Both the position numbers and the translations under genes were made by a program. 45,930 bases of DNA from Candidatus Doudnabacteria bacterium RIFCSPHIGHO2_02_FULL_43_13b (lineage in GTDB: Bacteria; Patescibacteriota; Doudnabacteria; UBA920; O2-02-FULL-48-8). The notes beneath the pieces are model-generated. The model had not been told where the DNA came from, did no database searches, and saw only the letters and a program-made list of their open reading frames with translations. Positions 27,741 to 36,218 of this stretch are shown in pieces. How positions within the stretch are numbered: position 1 is the first letter of the stretch; the number at the start of each line of letters is the position of its first letter. The stretch covers positions 1 through 45,930 of the forward strand of contig MFER01000016.1 of the NCBI GenBank assembly GCA_001777655.1, written 5' to 3'.

Positions 27741-27962
27741 CTATCTCGGCCAGGACTTGAGCACTTTGATGGTTGCACAGATTTCCTCGCGGAGCTCACC
27801 CGGCTCCAGGTCTGGCAGCAGAGCCTCGTAAAACGCAAGACGCATTTGGATGTAGTCCGAGAGAAGATTCTGCGGGACGAGCCGTAATTCCTCTCTCGTT
27901 GTTTGTGCACAACGGCCCGGCTGTTGGTTCCGATCATTTGTTGCATTTTGCTTCGTGCACAA
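27741..27962 (-). CDS. Possible small GC-richer orphan protein or gene remnant
   Basis: Local GC rise; C-terminal ~50 aa look helical; no clear start or SD. Confidence 0.3.
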   Translation of the reverse strand: MCTKQNATNDRNQQPGRCAQTTREELRLVPQNLLSDYIQMRLAFYEALLPDLEPGELREEICATIKVLKSWPR

Positions 27963-27993
27963 AGCGACTTTTTTGGGTATAATATTGGAGAAT

Positions 27994-29451
27994 ATGCTTC
28001 ACATTGGACGCAATATTATAAGTCTGGTGATTTCGAGGGTGCTGGCCGCAGTCATCCTGTTTTTAATTTACACCAGACTGGCTCAATATTTGGGGCCAGA
28101 GGCCGCCGGCCAATACGGACTGCTGGCCAGCTACATCACGATTTTTAGCATTTTTGTTGATTTGGGCATGTCACAGTTGGTGATTAAGAAGGTCAGCGAA
28201 GACCAAACCCACGCGTCGAAATATTTAAGTAATTATTTTTTTATCCAAACTAGTTTGGCTGCCCTGTTCATGTTGATTATGGCCGCCATAGTTTATTTTG
28301 CCGATTATCCAGTAATTGTAAAAAATTCTCTTTATGTCACGTCTTTGGTACTATTTCTTTCTTCATTGAGTTTACCTTTTCGTTCGGTCATCAACGCTTT
28401 TCAAAAATTAACAGTTATCGCCAAAGTTAATTTTTTTAATTCCATGATTAATGCCCTCTTCATGGTTTTGGCGATTGTGCTGCGAAAGAATATATTCTTT
28501 TTGGCGTTTATCGGAGTGACCGTCAGCCTGTTCGATTTGATTGTCTATAGTTACATCACTCACAAAAAATTTGCCCGATTTAAATGGGAAATCGACTGGA
28601 CCTTTGTCAAGCAACTGTTTATCTGGACCTGGCCGTTTACCTTGGTGACTTTTTTTAGCGTTTACAACCGAATTGACACTGTGTTGCTCGCGCATTTTCG
28701 GGATTTTCACGAAGTTGGCTACTATGCGGTCGCGTATAAATTTTGGGACGTACTGGCTTTTTTACCCACGGTGATCGGAATATCTCTCTATCCGTTTTAT
28801 GCCCAGCGCCTGAGTGTCGGAGCGAAAGAAGACGTCCGCAGGGGAGTGGAAACCTATACTCGGTATATGATCGCGCTGGCATTGCCGCTTTCGGTAGGCG
28901 CTTTTTTGACCTCGACCAATTTGATCTCGGTGTTTTATGGTCAAGAATTTCTACCGGCAGCGCCCGCACTTTGGTTGCTCGTATTGTCGGTGTCAATTTT
29001 GTTAGTTTATTCGCCGGTGAACAGTTTGATTCTTTCGCAGAAAACCAAGACAGCTACAATTATTACTGGCGGGACCCTGTTTTTCAATGTCGCGACCAAT
29101 ATTATTTTCATTCCCAAATACGGTTTTGTTGCGGCAGCGGTGATTACCGCCATCAGTGAATTGATCCAGGCGGTTTGTTATTCTTACGTTATCAAACATC
29201 GGGTGATTGATTATCGAATTTTTCGAAATTTCGCCAAGCCGCTGGTTGCGGTTGCCGTCATGGCAGCATTTATAGTCCTGACACAGTCTTACTTGACTGT
29301 TTGGTTGGTAATAATTTTGGCCGGTTGTGTTTATGGTCTGATGCTGTTGCTCTCAAAATTTTTCCACAAAGAAGATTGGGAATTATTCAAAGCGGCAATT
29401 GATATACGAAAAAAAGTTGTAACCGAGATTAAACCAGACATAACCCTATGA
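27994..29451 (+). CDS. wzx: Wzx-type polysaccharide flippase
   Basis: RLAQYLGPEAAGQY, DLG, YNRIDTVLL..VGYYAVA, IPKYGFVAAA; about 14 TMs; GGAG before ATG 27994. Confidence 0.9.
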   Translation: MLHIGRNIISLVISRVLAAVILFLIYTRLAQYLGPEAAGQYGLLASYITIFSIFVDLGMSQLVIKKVSEDQTHASKYLSNYFFIQTSLAALFMLIMAAIVYFADYPVIVKNSLYVTSLVLFLSSLSLPFRSVINAFQKLTVIAKVNFFNSMINALFMVLAIVLRKNIFFLAFIGVTVSLFDLIVYSYITHKKFARFKWEIDWTFVKQLFIWTWPFTLVTFFSVYNRIDTVLLAHFRDFHEVGYYAVAYKFWDVLAFLPTVIGISLYPFYAQRLSVGAKEDVRRGVETYTRYMIALALPLSVGAFLTSTNLISVFYGQEFLPAAPALWLLVLSVSILLVYSPVNSLILSQKTKTATIITGGTLFFNVATNIIFIPKYGFVAAAVITAISELIQAVCYSYVIKHRVIDYRIFRNFAKPLVAVAVMAAFIVLTQSYLTVWLVIILAGCVYGLMLLLSKFFHKEDWELFKAAIDIRKKVVTEIKPDITL

Positions 29452-29730
29452 ATCCCGTTAGAGACAACTATATGCACTATGTATATATAATTCAAAGTCA
29501 ACGAGATAAACATTTATATACCGGATCAACGAATGATTTACGGAAACGCTTCAGTGAGCATAATAATCGAAGAGTTTTTTCTACCAAAGGTCGGGGTCCT
29601 TTTACTTTGATCTATTACGAAGCTAGTTTAAATAAACAAGATGCTCGTGCTAGGGAAAAGTATTTGAAAACAGGAATGGGCAAGCGTTATATTAAAAACA
29701 GACTGAAGCGTTTCCTGTCTCTAACGGGAT
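29452..29730. repeat. Perfect 15-bp inverted repeats bracketing the GIY-YIG gene
   Basis: ATCCCGTTAGAGACA (29452-29466) and TGTCTCTAACGGGAT (29716-29730). Confidence 0.93.
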
Positions 29731-29732
29731 GA
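29472..29732 (+). CDS. Stand-alone GIY-YIG nuclease
   Basis: HYVYIIQS..LYTGSTNDLRKRFSEHN..YYE..ARAREKYLK. Confidence 0.93.
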   Translation: MHYVYIIQSQRDKHLYTGSTNDLRKRFSEHNNRRVFSTKGRGPFTLIYYEASLNKQDARAREKYLKTGMGKRYIKNRLKRFLSLTG

Positions 29733-30841
29733 AAATAGGTTTGGAAGCAGAGCGAGCGAATTTACCCAACCCGACGGGGGTTGAGCGGTATGCGGCCGAA
29801 TTGATCAAGCACCTAGCGTTGATCGATCGACAGAATGGATATGTGTTATATTTCCGTACGAAACCGCAGCCTTGGTTTTATGATTTGCCGAAAAATTTTC
29901 GTTTGCGTGTGATCCCGTTTCCGAAATTTTGGACCCAAATTAGATTATCTTGGGAAATGATCACTCACCCGGTGGACGTTTTGGTTATTTTGGCTTCGGT
30001 GTTGCCTCTTTGGCATCCGAAAAATTCAATTTTTACCACTCACGACGTCGCTTATGAGATGTTCCCCCAAGCCTTTACGAGATTTATGAGAAATTACTTG
30101 GTTTGGTCCACTCGCTTTGCGGTTAAACACGCCAGAAAGATTTTTGCGGTTTCAGAATCAACCAAGCAAGATCTGATAAAAATTTATCAGACTAATCCAG
30201 ATAAAATTGTAGTTACTCATTTGGGTTTTGATAATAAGAAATTTCACCCCAGAAGCTATCAAGAGGTTCAAGCCGTTTTGGACAAGTATAATTTAGTTTA
30301 CCAAAAATACGTGTTGTTTGTGGGCACTATTCAGCCACGAAAAAATATCATTCGTCTAGTGGAAGCGTTCCAGAAATTAAAACGGCAAAACCACATTGAA
30401 GAAAAATTAGCAATTGTAGGTGGTCGAGGGTGGTTGTGGGAGCCTATCGTCAAAAAAATTAAAATGGCCGGGTTAGATGGGTCCATAAAATATTACGATT
30501 ATATTCCGGAAGAAGATATATCCTTCATCTATGCCGGGGCTAAACTTTTGACGTTGCCTGCGTTATATGAAGGTTTCGGTCTGCCGCCGCTCGAGGCCAT
30601 GGCTTCCGGCGTGCCAGTAGTGGTGTCGAATGTCTCTTCCATGCCTGAAGCGGTGGGGGAGGCAGGGGTTTTGGTTGATCCCAACTCGACCGACTCCATC
30701 GCCGAAGGATTACTAAAAGTTTTGACTAATCAAAATGTCAGAAACCAGATGATCCAGCAGGGGTTAGAGCAGGCCAGAAAGTTTACTTGGGAGAATACGG
30801 CGAGAAAGACTTTGGAGGTAGTAGAAAGTTTGAAAGAATAA
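29729..30841 (+). CDS. GT4 (GT-B) glycosyltransferase
   Basis: TGVERY, FVGTIQPRKN, YEGFGLPPLEAMASG. Confidence 0.95.
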   Translation: MKIGLEAERANLPNPTGVERYAAELIKHLALIDRQNGYVLYFRTKPQPWFYDLPKNFRLRVIPFPKFWTQIRLSWEMITHPVDVLVILASVLPLWHPKNSIFTTHDVAYEMFPQAFTRFMRNYLVWSTRFAVKHARKIFAVSESTKQDLIKIYQTNPDKIVVTHLGFDNKKFHPRSYQEVQAVLDKYNLVYQKYVLFVGTIQPRKNIIRLVEAFQKLKRQNHIEEKLAIVGGRGWLWEPIVKKIKMAGLDGSIKYYDYIPEEDISFIYAGAKLLTLPALYEGFGLPPLEAMASGVPVVVSNVSSMPEAVGEAGVLVDPNSTDSIAEGLLKVLTNQNVRNQMIQQGLEQARKFTWENTARKTLEVVESLKE

Positions 30842-30850
30842 ATTAAGTCT

Positions 30851-30992
30851 GTCTTTGCGAGGAGTCCCGTCATGGCGGGACGACCCGCCCGACTGATCGT
30901 CGGATCGGGCGGGCGAAGCAATCTTAGCTAAGAGATTGCTTCGCGACTACCAAGACTAATTCTAAGTAAATAAAGCAGTCGCTCGCAATGAC
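30851..30992. repeat. GTCWTTGCGAG/GAAGCAATC family palindromic element with nested hairpins
   Basis: GTCTTTGCGAG...CGAAGCAATCT/AGATTGCTTCG...CTCGCAATGAC; nested CCCGCCCGA/TCGGGCGGG at 30884-30913. Confidence 0.9.
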
Positions 30993-31007
30993 AAGAAGAG
31001 ATAGTCT

Positions 31008-32327
31008 ATGCAAACATTCTTAATTACAATTTTCACTTTTTTGTCTATTGCCAGTTTTTGGTTTTTTTTGCGAGGCAAATTAAAATTTTCGCCACTTTGG
31101 ATTATGTTATCGGCGTGGTTTTTGGCGATTGCAATTTCACAGCTGTATTTATCGCGTCTGGAAGTAGTCTGGCCCACCAAATACTGGGTTTTGGTTTTTA
31201 TATCATTAGCTAGTTTTGCGCTCGGGGTTTGGGCATTCAGTCACCCCAGACTTGATCTGTGGTCCAAGAAATGGATCCCCGCTTTCGCGGGGATGGGAGT
31301 AAAGGCGGGGATGGGAGTAAAGGCGGGGATGGGAGAAGAAAAGGGAAGCATGATTAAAAAACTTCGTCTAGTTATTTACTTCCTGTTTCTAGCCTCATTG
31401 GTTGGGCTTTACATGTTTTACACCCGCGCCGGGAATTTTCCGCTACTGACCCAAAACCCTGATGAATTTCGGTTTATCGCCGACGAACAAGTGCCCGGGC
31501 TAATTAACTATGCGGCTCAACTGGCCAGGATTTTTATCCCACTTTCTTTTTTCTTGATTTTTTTTCAGGGATTTTCCTGGCGCAAACATTGGGACATCAG
31601 TCTCATCGGTCTGGTCGGTCTTACAGGTTTGATTTTATTTGCATCCCGCACGCAGATTTTTTTAATTGATTTGTGGGTCATGGCCTTGTATCTGTTCATC
31701 CGAAAACCAAGTTTTCGACAGGCAGTTAAATTTTATCCTATATTTCTTTTAGTTTCGATTTTGGTTTTGGCGATCGTTCCCTTATTCCGGCAATATAAAA
31801 GTTATGGCGCGGATTATCTCGGCGTCATCACAGGTATCGATACCAGCCACTATAACGCAGTCCAAAAAGCTCTGGTCCCGATCTATGTTGGGGTTTCCTT
31901 CAACCAGCAAGCCTTGCTCCATTCTTGGCAGTATTATCAAACCCACCCCTTGCAATATGGCAAAGTTACTCTGGATCCCTTCACGAATATTTTAGGACTT
32001 GATCAGTTTAAATCCCAATATGATTTGGGTGCGATATTTTATCCGTGGTGGAATACCGGAACCTATCTATTTCCATTCGTTCAGGATTTTGGGGAGTCGG
32101 CCTTTTATTTCACGCCTTTTGTTATTGCGGGAATTTTGACACTCGCCTGGAAATACTCGCAAGCCAACCCAAACTTTCTCTCGATTAACCTTTATGCTTA
32201 TGCTATGTTTTTTATAGTCATGACCGTGTATTTATCATTCACGGTCCGCGCCGAGATGTATATTGATTTGTTTTTATTGGGATTAAGTTATGTTTATATT
32301 TCTAAAATCAATTATGCCCAAAGTTAG
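31008..32327 (+). CDS. Wzy-like oligosaccharide repeat-unit polymerase with an in-frame palindromic insert
   Basis: About 11 TMs; ASR, NTGTYLFPFVQDFG; located among wzx and GT genes. Confidence 0.75.
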   Translation: MQTFLITIFTFLSIASFWFFLRGKLKFSPLWIMLSAWFLAIAISQLYLSRLEVVWPTKYWVLVFISLASFALGVWAFSHPRLDLWSKKWIPAFAGMGVKAGMGVKAGMGEEKGSMIKKLRLVIYFLFLASLVGLYMFYTRAGNFPLLTQNPDEFRFIADEQVPGLINYAAQLARIFIPLSFFLIFFQGFSWRKHWDISLIGLVGLTGLILFASRTQIFLIDLWVMALYLFIRKPSFRQAVKFYPIFLLVSILVLAIVPLFRQYKSYGADYLGVITGIDTSHYNAVQKALVPIYVGVSFNQQALLHSWQYYQTHPLQYGKVTLDPFTNILGLDQFKSQYDLGAIFYPWWNTGTYLFPFVQDFGESAFYFTPFVIAGILTLAWKYSQANPNFLSINLYAYAMFFIVMTVYLSFTVRAEMYIDLFLLGLSYVYISKINYAQS

Positions 32328-33357
32328 CGTCATAGTTTTAATTTACGAAGGCAAAAAGTTTATCAAACCAGTGTTTGATGCGATTTTCGCGCAGACACAT
32401 AAAGATCTGGAAGTGATTGCGGTGATTAACAAATCGACAGATGGTGCTAAGGAAGCAATCCAAGCCAATTATTCAAGCGTCAAAATTATTGATCCCGGTC
32501 GAAATACAGGTTTCGCTGAGGGCAATAATATTGGTATCAAAGCTTCAACTGGTGAATTCATTCAGCTAGTCAATCAAGACTTGATTTTAGAGCCAAATTA
32601 TATTGAAGAAATTCTGAAAGATTTTGCGGATCTGAAAGTGGCCGCGGCTACTGGCAAGATTTTGCGTTATAATTTCGATAAAAATCAGAAGACCAAAATT
32701 ATTGATACGACCGGAATTATCATGCAAAAATCAGGGAGGGCGAGGGACAGGGGGCAGAACCAAGTGGACGCGGGACAATTTGACAATAATGATAGCCGAA
32801 TTGTTTTTGGCGTTTCTGGAGCCGGCCCGATGTATCGCCGAAGCGCCTTGGAGCAGGTTAAGTATTGTAATCCTGTCTTTGCGAGCGAAGCGAAGCAATC
32901 TCCGCCAAATGAAGGGATTGCTTCGTCGCCTGCGGCTCCTCGCAAAGACGAAAATTGCGAATACTTTGACGAGAACTTCTTTATGTATTGGGAAGATGTG
33001 GATTTGAGCTGGCGGCTCGATAACGCGGCGTATATATGTGCGTATATACGTGAGGCTGTTGCGTATCATGGCCGCACCGCTGGCCAGGCGGCGGGTGGAT
33101 ATTTGCACTTATTCAAATTTATCCAACATCACAAAAAGTTATCACCGCAGGTTTTGCGCTTAAATTACAAAAATCATATTTTGATGTATCTAAAAAATGC
33201 CCGGCACATTTGGCACCCGGCGTTTATCTTCCGCGAGTTAGCGATGCTGATTTATGTTATAATCTTTGAGACTAGGACTTTAAAAGTAGTGCCGGAATTG
33301 TGGCGGCAAATTCCTCAAACTTGGCGCAAACGTCATCTACAAAAGAAGAGGCCGTGA
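32314..33357 (+). CDS. GT2 glycosyltransferase with a 25-codon in-frame palindromic insert
   Basis: NTGFAEGNN, LVNQD, SGAGPMYRR, FDENFFMYWEDVDLSWR. Confidence 0.92.
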   Translation: MPKVSVIVLIYEGKKFIKPVFDAIFAQTHKDLEVIAVINKSTDGAKEAIQANYSSVKIIDPGRNTGFAEGNNIGIKASTGEFIQLVNQDLILEPNYIEEILKDFADLKVAAATGKILRYNFDKNQKTKIIDTTGIIMQKSGRARDRGQNQVDAGQFDNNDSRIVFGVSGAGPMYRRSALEQVKYCNPVFASEAKQSPPNEGIASSPAAPRKDENCEYFDENFFMYWEDVDLSWRLDNAAYICAYIREAVAYHGRTAGQAAGGYLHLFKFIQHHKKLSPQVLRLNYKNHILMYLKNARHIWHPAFIFRELAMLIYVIIFETRTLKVVPELWRQIPQTWRKRHLQKKRP

Positions 33358-33386
33358 CCTAGAGCGGGAAGCTCCAAGGTCACGGC
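33339..33386 (-). terminator. Hairpin terminator for the GC-rich minus-strand gene, overlapping the GT2 stop
   Basis: GCCGTGACCT...AGGTCACGGC with a U-rich tail on the minus strand. Confidence 0.7.
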
Positions 33387-33425
33387 GGGGGCGAGTTCGT
33401 CGACCGCCGTCAGTACAGCCACGGG

Positions 33426-33833
33426 TCAGGCTTTGGTCAGGTCGCCTTGCGCTGCGTACCAGGAGACGTACTGCCGAGCCATGCCGAGGAATTGTTTGAC
33501 GCTCAGTGGTAGTCCAGGAAAGGCTTTGGTCAGGGCCGGCTCGACCACGGACAGATATGGCTCCACGTCGGTCATACCGCCGCGGTCGAATTCCTCCTCG
33601 ATATCGGTCTGCCAGTTGGTGACGTATTTGTCCACGAGCATGAGCGCGGCCAGGTTGCGCAACGACGCGGCAATTTCGGCGGCGGCTACCTCGGTCGGCA
33701 CGTCGTAGCGGGCGAAGTTGTAGAGTTGCTTGAGGGCATCTGGATTGCTTCCCGCCCACAGCAGGTCCGATGCTGTTTCGAGATTAGCGACCCAGAGCAC
33801 CTCGTTGAAGAATTGCGGCCGGCGTGTAATCAT
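33426..33833 (-). CDS. GC-rich orphan protein (135 aa, probably helical)
   Basis: AAGGAGG SD 6 nt before ATG 33833; TTGGCA-17 nt-TATATT promoter; own terminator. Confidence 0.75.
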   Translation of the reverse strand: MITRRPQFFNEVLWVANLETASDLLWAGSNPDALKQLYNFARYDVPTEVAAAEIAASLRNLAALMLVDKYVTNWQTDIEEEFDRGGMTDVEPYLSVVEPALTKAFPGLPLSVKQFLGMARQYVSWYAAQGDLTKA

Positions 33834-33894
33834 GGACTTCCTCCTTGGATGTTTAGAATATAACAAGATTTACTCTTATTGCCAATAGTAACTT

Positions 33895-34746
33895 ATGGAT
33901 TTATCCGTCATAATTGTCAATTATAATACCAAAGAACTACTCAAACGGTGCTTAAAGTCCGTCATGGCCTCGCACACTGATTTTGGGTTTGAAACCATCG
34001 TTTCAGATAACGGTTCGACTGACGGCAGCCAGGCTTTGGTAAAAGAAGAGTTTCCCGAAGTTGTTTTGCTCGAAAATGGTGCAAATTTAGGCTTTTCTAA
34101 GGCCAATAACATAGCTATCAGACGGGCTACCGGACGATATTTGTTATTACTAAACTCTGATACCCAAATTCAATCTGATACCCTGACTCTTTGCATTAAG
34201 CGGATGAATCAAGATGATTCGATCGGGATTTTAGGCTGTAAAGTATTGTTACCAGATGGGAAACTTGATCCGGCTTGCCGGCGGAAATTTCCCAATCCCC
34301 GGAATTCATTTTTACGACTATTCGGTCTGGAAAAATTTAGCGATTATAATATCAATGCTCCGATTGATAAAGAAGGGGAAGTTGATTCGGTCACTGGAGC
34401 CTTCTTGATGATTCGAAAAACAGTGGTTGACCAAATTGGGCTTTTGGATGAAGAATTTTTTATGTACGGCGAGGATTTGGATTGGTGCTGGCGCGCAAAA
34501 GCAGCAGGATTCAAAGTTTTATATTATCATGGCGCACAAATTACTCATTTCAAATACGGTTCCTCGCAAAAAAAACCGTTTTTTATAATTCGATCGGCCC
34601 ACGAAGCGATGAAGATTTTTTATCGCAAGCATTATGCTGCTCGCTATTCGTGGATTTTTAACCAACTTGTATTCTTAGGGATTAGTTTCCGGAAGTATCT
34701 GGTGATGTTGATAAATATATTTAGAACAAAAAAAGTAGTTCATTAA
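33895..34746 (+). CDS. GT2 glycosyltransferase (WbbL/rhamnosyltransferase-like)
   Basis: SVIIVNYN, DNGSTDGS, LLLNSD, GLLDEEFFMYGEDLDWC. Confidence 0.92.
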   Translation: MDLSVIIVNYNTKELLKRCLKSVMASHTDFGFETIVSDNGSTDGSQALVKEEFPEVVLLENGANLGFSKANNIAIRRATGRYLLLLNSDTQIQSDTLTLCIKRMNQDDSIGILGCKVLLPDGKLDPACRRKFPNPRNSFLRLFGLEKFSDYNINAPIDKEGEVDSVTGAFLMIRKTVVDQIGLLDEEFFMYGEDLDWCWRAKAAGFKVLYYHGAQITHFKYGSSQKKPFFIIRSAHEAMKIFYRKHYAARYSWIFNQLVFLGISFRKYLVMLINIFRTKKVVH

Positions 34747-34835
34747 TCCCGCACCACTTTTTATCAAAATTGGCAAAAAATTGGCTTTGCCTAGCCTCCC
34801 TTGCCAGTTCGGCGGGCAGGTGCTAAAGTATTTTT

Positions 34836-36077
34836 ATGGATTATCCACTAGAAACAAATTTTCCCGAAACTCCTGTCAAGAATAAAAAGATAAAACTTTA
34901 CACCATTTTGGTGGTTTTATTTTTGGTGGTTTTCGGGTTAGGTTTTTTCACGGGCAGGGGACAAATCAAACTTCAGAACGGCAAGATTGAGATTACAAAA
35001 GGCGATCAACCAGCCACCTCAGCAGATTATTCGCTACTTTGGGATGCTTTGAATATTTTGAATAACAAATACGTGGATCGGCCACTGGATCAGCAAGAAC
35101 TAATGTATGGAGCGGTTGCCGGTTTGATCCAAGCCGCCCGTGATCCTTACACGGTATTTTTCGACCCCAAAGAAGCCAAAAGTTTCGCCGAAGAGTTAAA
35201 AGGATCTTTCGATGGCATCGGCGCAGAAATCGGGATCAAAGATGAGCAATTGGTAATTATCGCGCCCTTGGATGATACCCCGGCGCAGCGAGCCAATCTG
35301 CGCGCCGGCGACGCGATCATCGCGATTAATGACGAAGGAACGGTTGGGATGACTACGGATCAGGCGGTATCTAAAATTCGCGGCAAAGCCGGCAGCCAAG
35401 TGATTCTGACGATTATTCACAAAGGAGAAACAAAGTCCGAAGAGATTAAGATCACACGAGCAAAAATTGTAATTAATAGTGTTAAATTTAGTTCGAAAGA
35501 AATCAGCGGCCAAAAAATCGCGGTAATCAAAATCAACCGTTTTGGCGACGACACGAAAGGGCTTTTGGATCACGACATTGACCAAGCGGTTTCCGGCGAT
35601 TATGCCGGGTTAATTCTTGATCTGCGCAATAACCCCGGCGGGTACTTAGAAACTGCTGTTACCACCGCTTCCAATTGGGTGGATGATGGTTGGGTCGTAC
35701 TAAAAGAAGTTGCCTTTAACAACGCAGAAAAAATTTATAAAGCCGAAGGGGTGCCCAGGCTTAAGGGCATGAAAACCGTTGTTTTAATAAATGTCGGCTC
35801 TGCTTCTGCTTCAGAGATTGTCGCCGGCGCTCTGCAAGATTATAAGTTAGCGACTCTGGTCGGTGAAAAAACCTTTGGTAAAGGATCAGTACAGGAATTA
35901 GAGAACTTACGGGATGATTCTCAGCTGAAGATTACAGTCGCCAAGTGGTTTACGCCGAAAGGAAGAGGGATTGATAAAACCGGCTTGGAACCGGATGTCT
36001 TGGTCGAACTGACGGCTGATGATGCGCAGAATAAGCGGGATCCCCAGATGGATAAGGCTTTAGAATTGCTCAAATAG
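34836..36077 (+). CDS. ctpA: S41A carboxy-terminal processing protease
   Basis: DPYT, PDZ domain, LDLRNNPGG, GSASASEI, FGKGSVQ. Confidence 0.95.
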   Translation: MDYPLETNFPETPVKNKKIKLYTILVVLFLVVFGLGFFTGRGQIKLQNGKIEITKGDQPATSADYSLLWDALNILNNKYVDRPLDQQELMYGAVAGLIQAARDPYTVFFDPKEAKSFAEELKGSFDGIGAEIGIKDEQLVIIAPLDDTPAQRANLRAGDAIIAINDEGTVGMTTDQAVSKIRGKAGSQVILTIIHKGETKSEEIKITRAKIVINSVKFSSKEISGQKIAVIKINRFGDDTKGLLDHDIDQAVSGDYAGLILDLRNNPGGYLETAVTTASNWVDDGWVVLKEVAFNNAEKIYKAEGVPRLKGMKTVVLINVGSASASEIVAGALQDYKLATLVGEKTFGKGSVQELENLRDDSQLKITVAKWFTPKGRGIDKTGLEPDVLVELTADDAQNKRDPQMDKALELLK

Positions 36078-36085
36078 TTTTGACC

Positions 36086-36195
36086 CCATCGCGAGCTCCG
36101 ACGTTTTTGGTCGGAGCGTGGCGATCTCTTTTTTAGATTGCTTCGTCGTTGCCCAAATTAGCGCTTATTTGATCAATTGCAACTCCTCGCAATGG
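36086..36195. repeat. Degenerate copy of the GCGAG/GATTGCTTCG palindromic element
   Basis: CCATCGCGAG...GATTGCTTCG...CTCGCAATGG with inner GCTCCGAC/GTCGGAGC. Confidence 0.8.
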
Positions 36196-36218
36196 TATTT
36201 TCGTGATATAATCACGCC

